From IMG/VR virus record IMGVR_UViG_3300014572_000008: a stretch of 46,407 nucleotides of DNA; one strand, given 5' to 3'. Below, in pieces: positions 13,968-23,117 of this stretch (positions are counted from its first letter, which is position 1; every line of letters starts with the position of its first letter). This stretch comes from a virus. The translations under genes and the position numbers were made by a program. The notes beneath the pieces were generated by a model, which made no database searches, was not told the DNA's origin, and saw only the letters and a list, made by a program, of their open reading frames with translations.

Positions 13968-14461
13968 GTCAGAAGTCCTCCTGCGGCGCACTCCGCCGCG
14001 CCGGTGTGGCGAAAAGATTTTGCAACGTTGACGATTAAGTCCTCGCAGAGTTTCAGGATGCGCTCGATGTTGTTTGCATCGGTGTAGGTCAGGCGGCCCA
14101 GCTCCGGCGCGTCCGGCGTCCCGGCAGGATACGCAAGTGCGTCGCGAATGTCCTGTATCTGCCGCCGGTATTCCGCCGCCTGTGAGGCCGTTATAATGTC
14201 CGTTACGGCCCAATCGGTTTTCGCCGTCCATGCAATGCTCCTGCCGCAAATCGAGCTGAGGCGCGCCGCCAGATAGTTCAGGGCGGTTCCCACGCGATTG
14301 AGATCAGCGGCGTTGTACGCACCCTTCATCCCGGCCAGCCATTCCGCCTGCTCGTCGGAAGTCATGGCGGCAAAGCCCTTCGCCGCCAGCTCCCGCACCC
14401 GCTCCACATCCGCCTGCGTGCGGTCGGTGACGAGCGTAACGATGATAGTCTTGGTGTCCAT
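13964..14461 (-). CDS. Tail-fibre-associated protein
   Basis: 165 aa; MDTKTIIVTLVTDRTQADVERVRELAAKG...; AAGGGAG before ATG; directly precedes and overlaps the fibre gene. Confidence 0.7.
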   Translation of the reverse strand: MDTKTIIVTLVTDRTQADVERVRELAAKGFAAMTSDEQAEWLAGMKGAYNAADLNRVGTALNYLAARLSSICGRSIAWTAKTDWAVTDIITASQAAEYRRQIQDIRDALAYPAGTPDAPELGRLTYTDANNIERILKLCEDLIVNVAKSFRHTGAAECAAGGLLT

Positions 14462-14638
14462 GGTGTCTCCCTTCTGTGTTTATCAGATCGGCACGAAGGC
14501 CGCGTCTGTCCAGTCGGCCTTTTTCCCTGCCTCGCCCCTTTTTCCGTCAGATACCGGCAATGCAAGCTCACGTCTCCGTTTTTGCGGTAGGCGTATTTGC
14601 AATAATGAGGCTCCATGTTTCCTCCCATATTCTCAAAT

Positions 14639-15040
14639 TTACGCCTGTTCCTGCCAACCAGCCGGATATGCCGATGGTGAATATACATTCGCGTCAATCA
14701 AGCTAATGTAATGCTTTCCATTGAACGTCACCTTGTCGCCCTTTTTGTAAGCATCATGCGCACCAGTGGGTTGTACAAATTCAGGCCATTCATCCAGTGA
14801 AACGACTACGAACAGCGCCGGTGTAATATCAGGTGTCCAGTCTGCCTGTGAGGTATGCGCCTGAACCACGCGATATAATACGCCATTATATTGTAGCCGC
14901 TCATCTACCACATAAGTATGTCCTACTACCCACTGTGGGAATAGCTCTACTGCTTGCAGCGCATCCTCATCAGGTAAGCTAATCGACGCTTTTTCGATAT
15001 ACGGACGCAATGCTCTGGCTCTTTCTATGTAACTCATCAC
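14639..15040 (-). CDS. Carbohydrate-binding (CBM5/12-like, two repeats) tail-associated protein
   Basis: YNGVLYRVVQAHTSQADWTPDITPALF and YKKGDKVTFNGKHYISLIDANVYSPSAYPAGW resemble chitin-binding type-3 repeats; start GTG 15040 or ATG 15037. Confidence 0.65.
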   Translation of the reverse strand: MMSYIERARALRPYIEKASISLPDEDALQAVELFPQWVVGHTYVVDERLQYNGVLYRVVQAHTSQADWTPDITPALFVVVSLDEWPEFVQPTGAHDAYKKGDKVTFNGKHYISLIDANVYSPSAYPAGWQEQA

Positions 15041-15348
15041 TCTGTCTCCCCAAGTAAAATTTTCGCTGCTGTTTCTGCATCTGTGAGTGGTAGTGCCGCG
15101 CCCATTTCCTCATAGCTGCCTTCTGGCTCAGTACCTTTCAGCGTATGGTCTGTGAGATGAAACACCATGTCGGAAAGCACCTGATGTTCAGTTCCTTCTT
15201 CATCCGTAATAGTCACAGCCATCTTCGCGCAAAATCCTTCTGCTTGATCTTCCTTGCACGGGGCATAACAACCGTTGCCGTGCAGTCGGATGGGCACAAT
15301 ACTGTCCGCATAACCTGCAAATGCGCCGTCTTGTTTTACTGCATACAT
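15037..15348 (-). CDS. Hypothetical tail-region protein
   Basis: 103 aa from ATG 15348 (GGAGGG upstream); MYAVKQDGAFAGYADSIVPIRLHGNG... Confidence 0.55.
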   Translation of the reverse strand: MYAVKQDGAFAGYADSIVPIRLHGNGCYAPCKEDQAEGFCAKMAVTITDEEGTEHQVLSDMVFHLTDHTLKGTEPEGSYEEMGAALPLTDAETAAKILLGETE

Positions 15349-15707
15349 GGTATCCCTCCAAATTTCTCTTGATAAATTTTCTCTAATCGCTCTGTGCTTG
15401 CTGTTCTCAACCGATTTTTCCAGTAGCCGTTTTCCTGCCCCGGCCATTTGTCATCCGTAAAATCTTCACCGCAGCCGTTTTTTTCATACCAGCGATAAAG
15501 GCGCTCAAGCATTTCCTGCCGCATCGCGCCCTCTGGTGTATTCTGCCTAAAATGCTCCCATCCGTTTTCGGATGTCGCAGCGCATATCCGCCTGCCATCT
15601 GCTGCAAACAGGAACCCTTCAATCTCCGATACCGCAGTTCCATATCGGAGATTAAATTCTCCATCGATGCCATTCCCGCGGAAACGCTTATACACGATAT
15701 ACTCCAT
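15336..15707 (-). CDS. Hypothetical tail-region protein
   Basis: 123 aa from ATG 15707; MEYIVYKRFRGNGIDGEFNLRYG... Confidence 0.6.
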   Translation of the reverse strand: MEYIVYKRFRGNGIDGEFNLRYGTAVSEIEGFLFAADGRRICAATSENGWEHFRQNTPEGAMRQEMLERLYRWYEKNGCGEDFTDDKWPGQENGYWKNRLRTASTERLEKIYQEKFGGIPCMQ

Positions 15708-15718
15708 GCGCTTTTCCC

Positions 15719-16849
15719 TCATACGCAAAAGCCGGGTGGGAAGCCGAAGGAAGCGCGCGCGGTGCGGTCTTCGACTGTCCCGTTGGTGTTCACATTCTCG
15801 AAACCGTCGGAGCTGCTCGCAAGCGGAGAACGGAGCCACCAACGAGCGGCGGCGCTCGTTCCGTTGTGCTTGTACTTTACCTTGCTGTTTCCAGCGGAAT
15901 AATAGGCGTACTGCGCTTGCTTACTCGCCTCGTTCGAGTTTGCTCTCGAAATGCTCCCGAAAACCTCAAACTCCGAGAGGAGGAAAAAGTAATCCTTTGT
16001 CGCCGTGACCGCACTCGCGGATGTGCTATTATTTCCCGTATTGTCCGTGTACTTGGTAACGGACTTTAGGACTGCACGGAGCGCCGCCGGAATGACTGCG
16101 ATAATCGTTCCGGAATAGCTCGAGAGGCTTGTCCCGCAAATATTTGTACGCATTTGCGAGCTCGCCCATCCGCCGGAGTTCGTTGCACTACTGTTCATAG
16201 AGAAATAGCCGGTTGTCGAAACGGGCGAGGTATAGTAACTGTCGCAGAAACACACGTCCGTACCGCCGGAGAGCGCCGTTTTGCCTAACTGGAAATGAAT
16301 ACGGTTTTCCCCTTCTAGGCTCGCATTATGGTTGAATCCAATGACAAATGCGTATATTGTGTAATTAGATAGTGTAAGATGTCCAACCGTGCCGTTTAGC
16401 GTTACCGCCTTTCGGTCGCCAATGCTCCAATAGTTCGCGCCCTGTCCCGCGTCGGATATATCTTTTATTGTTTCCCAAGTATTTTTATTCAGTGTCGGAT
16501 ATACAAAATTAAGCGACACCGCGTAACTGTCCGTGATAGTTACGGCTTTTGTGTCAGATGTTTTCCCGTCCAGCGTCGCGGATACGCTCCATGTTCCGGC
16601 TTCCGGTACGGTAAGCGTGCACGTTCCATTGATCGATGTACCGCTCACAGACAGACTTCCTTTTGTAGCAGTAACGGTTGCACCAGATTTCACAGTTACA
16701 ATGATTTGCAGTTCTGTGCCAGTCTGAATGGCCTGAATGGCTGTCACAAATCCGTCCGGGTAGACCAGCGGGTCAGATGTGCTGCCTTTCTCCCGGATAG
16801 CTGACGCAACCTTTGTTAGGTCGGTTGTGTTTGTCAAATATTCAGCCAT
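15719..16849 (-). CDS. Putative receptor-binding / tail spike-like protein (WWLRSP motif family)
   Basis: 376 aa from ATG 16849 (TGATG overlap); Ig-like N-part, C-terminal ...TSAAARWWLRSPLASS... typical of a DUF6273-type domain (from memory); visibly AT-richer DNA. Confidence 0.7.
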   Translation of the reverse strand: MAEYLTNTTDLTKVASAIREKGSTSDPLVYPDGFVTAIQAIQTGTELQIIVTVKSGATVTATKGSLSVSGTSINGTCTLTVPEAGTWSVSATLDGKTSDTKAVTITDSYAVSLNFVYPTLNKNTWETIKDISDAGQGANYWSIGDRKAVTLNGTVGHLTLSNYTIYAFVIGFNHNASLEGENRIHFQLGKTALSGGTDVCFCDSYYTSPVSTTGYFSMNSSATNSGGWASSQMRTNICGTSLSSYSGTIIAVIPAALRAVLKSVTKYTDNTGNNSTSASAVTATKDYFFLLSEFEVFGSISRANSNEASKQAQYAYYSAGNSKVKYKHNGTSAAARWWLRSPLASSSDGFENVNTNGTVEDRTARASFGFPPGFCV

Positions 16850-17211
16850 CAGAAGCTCCCTCCATTCGCGTTTGCGATCTCTACCGCCGCCCACGCACCG
16901 GAAACAACCCGCAGAAATTTTCCATTATCAGCGGCGGTGACAGACGGCACTTCGCGAACCTTGACAGCTCCTGTTTTCCCGTTCACGCTCGTCACGGGCG
17001 CTTCCGTTAGATAATCCGTGCCAGCCGCGGCCACCTCCCACGCCGTCGGCTTCCCTCTGGCGTCCACCGCCTTGACCTTGATCAGGTCCCCGACGGCCGC
17101 ACCGGAGGCGAGGATCACATCTTGCTTTCCGTTCCACGCGTCTTTGTTGCTGCGCACGTCGGCGATAGCCTCGTCGATCTGCGCGCCGGTAAACTGGCTG
17201 TTGTAAGCCAT
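16849..17211 (-). CDS. Tail fibre N-terminal/adaptor-like protein
   Basis: 120 aa; MAYNSQFTGAQIDEAIADV... as in fibre N-termini. Confidence 0.6.
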   Translation of the reverse strand: MAYNSQFTGAQIDEAIADVRSNKDAWNGKQDVILASGAAVGDLIKVKAVDARGKPTAWEVAAAGTDYLTEAPVTSVNGKTGAVKVREVPSVTAADNGKFLRVVSGAWAAVEIANANGGSF

Positions 17212-17215
17212 ACGA

Positions 17216-17593
17216 TCACTCCTTCATACACAGAAAATCCTCGCCGTCCGCGGTCTTCAGCGCCTGCGACTCTCCCAGCGGGATAAAGCCGTAGTTGTCG
17301 TTCCAGCTGCCGTCCGCGCTTTGCGCGAACAGCGAAATGCGGTATTCCCCATCACCGGAAAGCAGAAAATCGTCGTATACCTCAAAGGTGCGCTGCGTGC
17401 CCGCCGGGGTCTGGGAGAAGGACGCGATCAAAGCGCCCTTCCCGCGGCCCCAATCCTCGCCGGACTTCGTCGCGCGGCACTCAAAAGCCGTATAGGCGAT
17501 GTCCGACGAGAATGTGACGGTGATCGAGTCGAATCCCGAGACTGCCGATATCTTGTTTCCGGTGATGGAGAAGGTCAACTCCGGCGCGGCCAT
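17216..17593 (-). CDS. Ig-like baseplate/tail decoration protein
   Basis: 125 aa from ATG 17593; beta-rich; related in style to 17593-18255. Confidence 0.6.
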   Translation of the reverse strand: MAAPELTFSITGNKISAVSGFDSITVTFSSDIAYTAFECRATKSGEDWGRGKGALIASFSQTPAGTQRTFEVYDDFLLSGDGEYRISLFAQSADGSWNDNYGFIPLGESQALKTADGEDFLCMKE

Positions 17594-18255
17594 TAGGCTG
17601 CGCTCCACGTCCCGGCGGCGTTCTTGACGAAGACCTTCACGATCTTCACGCCGTCGCCGGAGGACGCTGCTTCGAGATCCGCGCCCTTGACGGTGACGTT
17701 GATGGCGGTGTTCTTCTTGTAGCCGCCCGCCGTGCCGCTGACGTTGGTGGAGCCGCCCGTCGTCGGGATCTGGGTGCCCGCCGTGTGCAGGCTGCTCGTC
17801 GCCGGGACGACGCGGACGGTGTATTCCTCAAAGTCCACATCGCAGACGAAGGAGAACGCCGCTGCGTCGTAGCCCGTGACCTTGGAAATGCGGCTCTTGT
17901 CGGGGCCGGTGATGGTCACGGCGGGGATCGAGGTGTTGAGCGTGATGGAGTCGCTGGCCGCAGTCGATTCGTTGCCGACGTCGTCGCGCACCTTTACATA
18001 GATCGTCTTCAGGCCGTCGCCGTCCGGGAGCGTAATGGATTTTGTTGCGGCGAACGTCTCCCACGACGCATCTGCTTCCTTTGCCGCCGCCTTTGTGCCC
18101 CAGATCTTCATCTGGTAGCCGGTCGTCGCGGCGTCGGTGACTGAGATCTTCGCGGTGACGGTCGCGCTGGTCGCGTACTGCGCGCCGTCGTTCAGGATCA
18201 GCGATAGGCCGGCAGGTGCCAGCGTATCAAGTGTCAGATTGAAAAAACTTGCCAT
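17593..18255 (-). CDS. Ig-like tandem-domain tail protein
   Basis: 220 aa; repeated beta-sandwich-like segments (ATVTAKISVTD..., KTIYVKVRDDVGNES, KIVKVFVKNAAGTWS). Confidence 0.65.
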   Translation of the reverse strand: MASFFNLTLDTLAPAGLSLILNDGAQYATSATVTAKISVTDAATTGYQMKIWGTKAAAKEADASWETFAATKSITLPDGDGLKTIYVKVRDDVGNESTAASDSITLNTSIPAVTITGPDKSRISKVTGYDAAAFSFVCDVDFEEYTVRVVPATSSLHTAGTQIPTTGGSTNVSGTAGGYKKNTAINVTVKGADLEAASSGDGVKIVKVFVKNAAGTWSAA

Positions 18256-18261
18256 CTGGAT

Positions 18262-18405
18262 TTATCCCCTTTCTTCGCTTGTGAGTTCGATGTACAAAAA
18301 GCCGCCAGGCCTTTCGTAGATGGTTTCTGTGCCCAAGCGGGCGGATTTGATGCCCATGGAGCCGATGAACAGCTCCAGAATGCGTTTGATTCCAACTGCC
18401 AGCAT
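18262..18405 (-). CDS. Very small hypothetical protein (47 aa)
   Basis: ATG 18405 with GGAGGG upstream; track ORF longer. Confidence 0.4.
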   Translation of the reverse strand: MLAVGIKRILELFIGSMGIKSARLGTETIYERPGGFLYIELTSEERG

Positions 18406-18406
18406 G

Positions 18407-18607
18407 TTATCCCTCCAACAGATACAGTGTCCGCGCGTCCTTTTTGTCCAGCGCGTCATAGTCCGATTTTGTCAGCACGCGGATCTCGTCGATCTGCGCC
18501 GATGCAATGCCTCCGCCGCCGGAGCCGCCGCCAGCACGCACGGAAACGTTAAAGGAAACGTCGATCGGGTCGCGGTTCTTGAGTTCAAATTCAATGCCGC
18601 CCATCAC
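18407..18607 (-). CDS. Small hypothetical tail protein
   Basis: 66 aa; start overlaps upstream stop (GTGATG); Gly-run GGGSGGGG. Confidence 0.5.
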   Translation of the reverse strand: MMGGIEFELKNRDPIDVSFNVSVRAGGGSGGGGIASAQIDEIRVLTKSDYDALDKKDARTLYLLEG

Positions 18608-18900
18608 AACACCGCCTTTGATAGCGCGTGCGCAACGTCGATCTGCTTGATCTCCGAGCCAATCACGTCACCGCTCTTGAATTTCACGCGCACCTGCATC
18701 TGGCAGAGCTTCGGGAGCCGAAAGGTCTCCTGCTGGGTGAGGGGAAACAGAAACTTTCCGTCCTCGTATCCGATCTCTCCCGGATAGCTCTTTTGCAGAT
18801 AAAGCAGAGAAATTTCCACCTTTTCAACGCTTGCAACGTCCAGAGGCTGCCCTTTATTCTTGATGGTAACACTAAGGTTATACGAATCTCCCTGTACCAA
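18604..18900 (-). CDS. Hypothetical tail protein (98 aa)
   Basis: TTG 18900 placed 8 nt after GGAGG, just after the stop of the upstream 18917-20380 gene; the upstream part of the track ORF overlaps that gene. Confidence 0.5.
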   Translation of the reverse strand: MVQGDSYNLSVTIKNKGQPLDVASVEKVEISLLYLQKSYPGEIGYEDGKFLFPLTQQETFRLPKLCQMQVRVKFKSGDVIGSEIKQIDVAHALSKAVL

Positions 18901-18916
18901 ATGCCGCACCTCCGTT

Positions 18917-20380
18917 CTATGTGCCGATAATCTTGCATTCTGCCGCCGCGATTCCGCTGAGGCGAATGTCCATACTGGTGATCGTTCCGGTGATCTTCGT
19001 GCCCCACGGCGTTGTGGTCTGCACGTAATCGCCGGGGGCCTCTTTGTCCATGACGATGCGGACGTTGTGTGTCTGGCGACGCATATAGTAATCATAAATG
19101 TGCTGCGCAATGGCGGCTACGTTTTCGCTGTTTACCAACGTCGCATCGCGCACCTCAATGACGTTCGGCTTGGTCTGCGTGGTGGCGTTCGGATTGGCCT
19201 TGGACGTGACCGACGTCGTGTGATAGTAGGTCGTACCGCCGACCTCCACACTCTCTCCGCTTCCGGACGTCGAGTAGCTGTGTGCCGTCACGCGGATCTC
19301 CGTGACCACAGCCGCCGTTTCCACGCTGCCGCCGGTATATGTCCGGTCAAGTGGGATCGTGGCAGGAGAGGCCGCTGTGAGCCTCCGAACGCGCACGCCA
19401 CGCGACGCGCTTGTGTCAATGGTCGCACGAAGCGCGAAAACGATCTGTTGCAGCGCTTCTCGTTTCGTGCAGTCCGGGATATAGCCAGTTACGGTCTCGT
19501 CTTCCAGCGCAGGGTCGAAGTCCAGCGTGAAGTGCGCGCCGAGAATCGAGGCTATCAGCTCCTTCGCGTTTTTGCTGCTGTAGACCGCCGCCGCGAAGGG
19601 CTCGTCGTCCAGAATGCCGAGCGCGTCCTGGCAGGATACATCATAGAGCCGTTCGCTCGACCGGGACGAGATTTTGATGTAAAAGACGCCGATTAGCTTT
19701 GCACCGTCGTAGGCGCTGACGGGCTGCTTTTCCTGAAAAATGAAGTCGATGTTGTCCGAATTGTCGAGCGTGAAATCCAGTGTGTTGATCTCCACGTCGT
19801 CAGAAATCACGCTGACGCCCTCGGTGACGCTGACGCTGCGCAGGTCCTCCCGCTCGAATTCCCGGACGATGCCGAAGAAGATCTGTCTGAGTTTCGCGTA
19901 CCGGTACGGCAGGCTCGTCTTTTTCAGCTCGATCACGAGTTTGTTGTATCCGGAGACAGGCTTTGCGCAGAAATACTTCTGGCCGTCCGGCGTGAAGTCC
20001 TGCGACGCGACGGTTGTCTCGCCGTTGTACCACGTCATGGTCAGGGCGCTGCAATAGTCGCCGGTGCCACCGTCAAAATAGAGGTAAATGCCGGAGCTTG
20101 CGAACGTGCCGTCCAGCGTGATGGTCAGCGTCGGGTTTGCGTCGAAGGTGCAGTCTGCTTTGCTCGGCTCGGTAGACCAGAAGGCCGCCCGCTCGGTCGT
20201 GAGGATCGGGCGGGAGCCGTCCAGCATCCACTGGTTCAGCTCGTTTGTTGCGACGATCACCGACTCTGTGCCATACGGCAGTTCCGGAAGGTCGGAGAAG
20301 GGCTGCGCAGCGGTGCTTGCAACGCTTGCCGCCGCTGCTGCGCCTACCGCTACGTCCTCATAGATCACGCGTACACTCAT
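18917..20380 (-). CDS. Tail tip / Tal-like protein
   Basis: 487 aa from ATG 20380 (ATGA overlap); second gene after the tape measure. Confidence 0.7.
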   Translation of the reverse strand: MSVRVIYEDVAVGAAAAASVASTAAQPFSDLPELPYGTESVIVATNELNQWMLDGSRPILTTERAAFWSTEPSKADCTFDANPTLTITLDGTFASSGIYLYFDGGTGDYCSALTMTWYNGETTVASQDFTPDGQKYFCAKPVSGYNKLVIELKKTSLPYRYAKLRQIFFGIVREFEREDLRSVSVTEGVSVISDDVEINTLDFTLDNSDNIDFIFQEKQPVSAYDGAKLIGVFYIKISSRSSERLYDVSCQDALGILDDEPFAAAVYSSKNAKELIASILGAHFTLDFDPALEDETVTGYIPDCTKREALQQIVFALRATIDTSASRGVRVRRLTAASPATIPLDRTYTGGSVETAAVVTEIRVTAHSYSTSGSGESVEVGGTTYYHTTSVTSKANPNATTQTKPNVIEVRDATLVNSENVAAIAQHIYDYYMRRQTHNVRIVMDKEAPGDYVQTTTPWGTKITGTITSMDIRLSGIAAAECKIIGT

Positions 20381-20769
20381 ACCGGCGTCCTCTTGGGTTT
20401 CATAGCGACAAAATTGATCGTCAAATTGCCCCAATCATTGCGCCCGTCGTAGCTCCCGGTGAGCTCATCGTCGCCGTTTGCTACATAGGCGTCAAAGGTC
20501 ATAGTCCCCTGCGCATATGGGACGGTCAGCACGTGGCTGTCGACCGGGGCAGAAATGCTCTCATAAAAATCATCGTATTCCTCCGGGTCTGACGATACAG
20601 GATCAATTTCAAGGCTGTAGTTGTAATACGTGCCGATAATATCACGGGTCATCGCGCCGGTCATAACGCGCCCGGCATTGTCGCCGTCTAGGACGGAGAA
20701 CGACCGCTTGCAGCTTACGATGTGCAGATTGTAATACGCCTTGCCATCAAGGCTCAGTGCGCTTCTCAT
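20377..20769 (-). CDS. Distal tail protein (Dit)-like
   Basis: 130 aa; ATGA overlap with tape-measure stop; position-based call. Confidence 0.6.
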   Translation of the reverse strand: MRSALSLDGKAYYNLHIVSCKRSFSVLDGDNAGRVMTGAMTRDIIGTYYNYSLEIDPVSSDPEEYDDFYESISAPVDSHVLTVPYAQGTMTFDAYVANGDDELTGSYDGRNDWGNLTINFVAMKPKRTPV

Positions 20770-23048
20770 GTCTTCACCCCCGCAAGCTTCACGCCGACGC
20801 GCTGCGTCTCTTCGTTGTTCAGCTGATAGATCGCACGGCCCAGCTCCCGGCGGTCAAGCTGGAGGATGACGGTCATCTGCCGTCCTCCCGCGCCGCCGGT
20901 CTCGTTCATGGCCTGTTTGAAGGCCTGCACCATCGTGGAAAGCGGCGTCTCGATGTTCGTCCCGCTCTTTTGGTCGCCAAGAACGGCCATAAATTCCCGG
21001 TTTGGGGGAATGACCGCGCCGGAGGCGAGACGGGGGAGCTGGACGCGCGACACTGGCGGAATGTTGATTCCAATGGTTTTCCCGCCAACCAGCGGTACAC
21101 CATCCGGAATCTCGAAATGAATTTTATTCAGCGCCGAAAGCAGTAGGTTGATGCCGTCGATGATGAAGTTAATTCCGCCCTCTATTGTGCCGATTACGAG
21201 ATTCCAGACACCTTTCAGAATGTCAAGGACGCCATTCCAGGCTTTTTTCCAGTCTCCGGTAAACACGCCGGAAATAAACGTGATAAGCCCGCTAAGGATT
21301 TTCTTCCACGCCTCGTACTGATCTCCGAACAATTTGCCAATCGTTTCAAAGATGTTCGCAAGCGCCGGGTTTTTGCTGCGCAACCATTCAACAAATGCAT
21401 TCCATGCATCCTTGATAGAATTTACAATCGCATTCCACGTCTGTTTCAAGCCGTTCCAGATCTGCTTTGCGCCCTCTGCGGCAAGCTTCATATCGCCGGT
21501 AAATACGCCCTTGAAGAACTTCCCGAAGCCCCCAACAACATCTTTCAGCCCGTTGATCAGCTCCTCGCCGTGCCCTGTAAAGGAGACAAGTGCAACAAGG
21601 ATCGATGCAATTGCGGCGATCAGCAGCGGAATCCAGCTGCCCGTCAGGATGCTGATCCCGATGCCGGCGGCAAGCAGTCCAGCGATGATGGTCAGTGTGT
21701 TTTCCAGCGTAAAGCCGTTTTCGATCACATCTTTGATCCCGACGACTAACATCGCAAGGCCGCCTACCACGAGAGCGATTGCCGCAGCGGTCGGCCCAAA
21801 CGCAAGGGCGAGTCCACCCGCAAGCGCCGCAAGACCGCCGAGCATACCGAGGAAGTTTGTCATGTCGATTCCGTTGTTCCATGCGTCCAGCCAGAAATAG
21901 ACGAGCGCGAACGCGCCAGCCGCAGCGAGCGCGATGCCGCCGATCTTGCCGAGGTCGTCGGTAAACATACTGGCGATCTTCCACGCAAGGAGCCCTGCGG
22001 CGATTGCCCCGACAATGCCAAGAATGTCGTTCAGTTTGTCTTCGGCAAGATCCAGATTGGAGAAATCCGGCGTGATCCCGCTCGAAGCGCCTGCTCCGCT
22101 CGTCCCGCCGCCGCCGGACGCCTGATTGCTGGTGATCTGGTTGATTTCATCAAAGCCCGCCATGCTTTTGCTTGCGTCTTCTGCGGCAGCGCCCACCCCT
22201 TCAAGGGCTTCTTTTTCGGCATTCAGACCCTTTGCTGCTGAAACCTGCGCGCCCCAGCTCTTTCCGGATAGCATACCGAAAAACTTCGCGATTGCCGTCA
22301 CGACTTGGGTTAAAATGTTCACTAACTTCACAAAAACCGGGATCACAACTTCTAGGATCGGCTGCGCAAGTGTCAAAAGGGCGGCTTTCAGTCGCGCAAT
22401 AGATGCGCGGGCGGCTTCGTTCTGCATGATTGTCTCGCCGAGCCAGCTACGCAGCTGCGAAAGGCCGCGGGACAGGACGGTAAAGATCAGCGCGCTCCTT
22501 AGTACCCCGCTTAATCTTCTTCCGAATTTGTTCATGCTCTTTTCGACGCTCGCCGATACCTCCGCCATTTTAGCCGAGGCTCCGCTGGCGTTCGTGATCT
22601 GCTGCACCAGCTCACCGGCTTTGGTCTTTGCAGCGTCAAGCGCATCGGTCTGGGTTATCACCTTGTCGGTGATCTTTGCATATTGACTCCCGAGCTTTTC
22701 CGCCGTTTTGTTTTGCTGCACCAGCAGCTGTTCCTGCTCTTTGATCTGCGCAGCAACCTCCGCCTGTCGAGAATAAGCGTCTATGTACTCAGCTGGATTA
22801 GCCGAAGTGTTTCCGGACGTGATGCCCTTTAGGCGGTCAGCCTCCGAGCGGAGCGATTTCAGCGCGTCTTCCGTCTGCTTTGCGGACTGAAGCGCAGCGT
22901 CCAGCTCCTTTTTAAGCCCGCTCTGCGTTCCGGTATCCTCGTTTAGCTTGGCTTCCATCTTGTCGATTTTCGCAGACAGCGTATCAAGCTCCTTCTGTGC
23001 CTTTTTCGCGTCCGCGTCGACGGCGATCACAATTTTTCCATCCGCCAT
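20766..23048 (-). CDS. Tail tape measure protein
   Basis: 760 aa from ATG 23048 (GGTGGTG RBS); N-terminal coiled coils, central multi-TM Gly/Ala-rich block, repeated W-x-x motifs (AWNAFVEW, AWKKIL, AWNGVLDIL); track N-extension is antisense to the moron. Confidence 0.9.
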   Translation of the reverse strand: MADGKIVIAVDADAKKAQKELDTLSAKIDKMEAKLNEDTGTQSGLKKELDAALQSAKQTEDALKSLRSEADRLKGITSGNTSANPAEYIDAYSRQAEVAAQIKEQEQLLVQQNKTAEKLGSQYAKITDKVITQTDALDAAKTKAGELVQQITNASGASAKMAEVSASVEKSMNKFGRRLSGVLRSALIFTVLSRGLSQLRSWLGETIMQNEAARASIARLKAALLTLAQPILEVVIPVFVKLVNILTQVVTAIAKFFGMLSGKSWGAQVSAAKGLNAEKEALEGVGAAAEDASKSMAGFDEINQITSNQASGGGGTSGAGASSGITPDFSNLDLAEDKLNDILGIVGAIAAGLLAWKIASMFTDDLGKIGGIALAAAGAFALVYFWLDAWNNGIDMTNFLGMLGGLAALAGGLALAFGPTAAAIALVVGGLAMLVVGIKDVIENGFTLENTLTIIAGLLAAGIGISILTGSWIPLLIAAIASILVALVSFTGHGEELINGLKDVVGGFGKFFKGVFTGDMKLAAEGAKQIWNGLKQTWNAIVNSIKDAWNAFVEWLRSKNPALANIFETIGKLFGDQYEAWKKILSGLITFISGVFTGDWKKAWNGVLDILKGVWNLVIGTIEGGINFIIDGINLLLSALNKIHFEIPDGVPLVGGKTIGINIPPVSRVQLPRLASGAVIPPNREFMAVLGDQKSGTNIETPLSTMVQAFKQAMNETGGAGGRQMTVILQLDRRELGRAIYQLNNEETQRVGVKLAGVKT

Positions 23049-23067
23049 ATTTTCACCACCTTTTCGG

Positions 23068-23096
23068 TTGATTTTTGTTATTATTTGTGTTATCTT
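23068..23096 (+). promoter_or_regulatory. Promoter of the reverse-oriented moron
   Basis: TTGATT (23068-23073), 17-nt spacer ending TGt, TATCTT (23091-23096). Confidence 0.6.
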
Positions 23097-23117
23097 CCAA
23101 GTAAGGAGGGAAGAAAT

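Noticed and set aside
14362-14697. ORF with a strong GGGAGG RBS at ATG 14616 (MEPHYCKYAYRKNGDVSLHC...) in the 177-nt gap before the fibre-associated gene
   Set aside because: It reads 100 nt into the well-supported 13964-14461 gene in another frame, and its distal half is Arg/Ser/Pro-rich junk. A short peptide or a regulatory leader is possible, but I cannot define a credible stop. No frameshift joins it to the downstream frame, because TGA TAA lies in that frame at 14480-14485.
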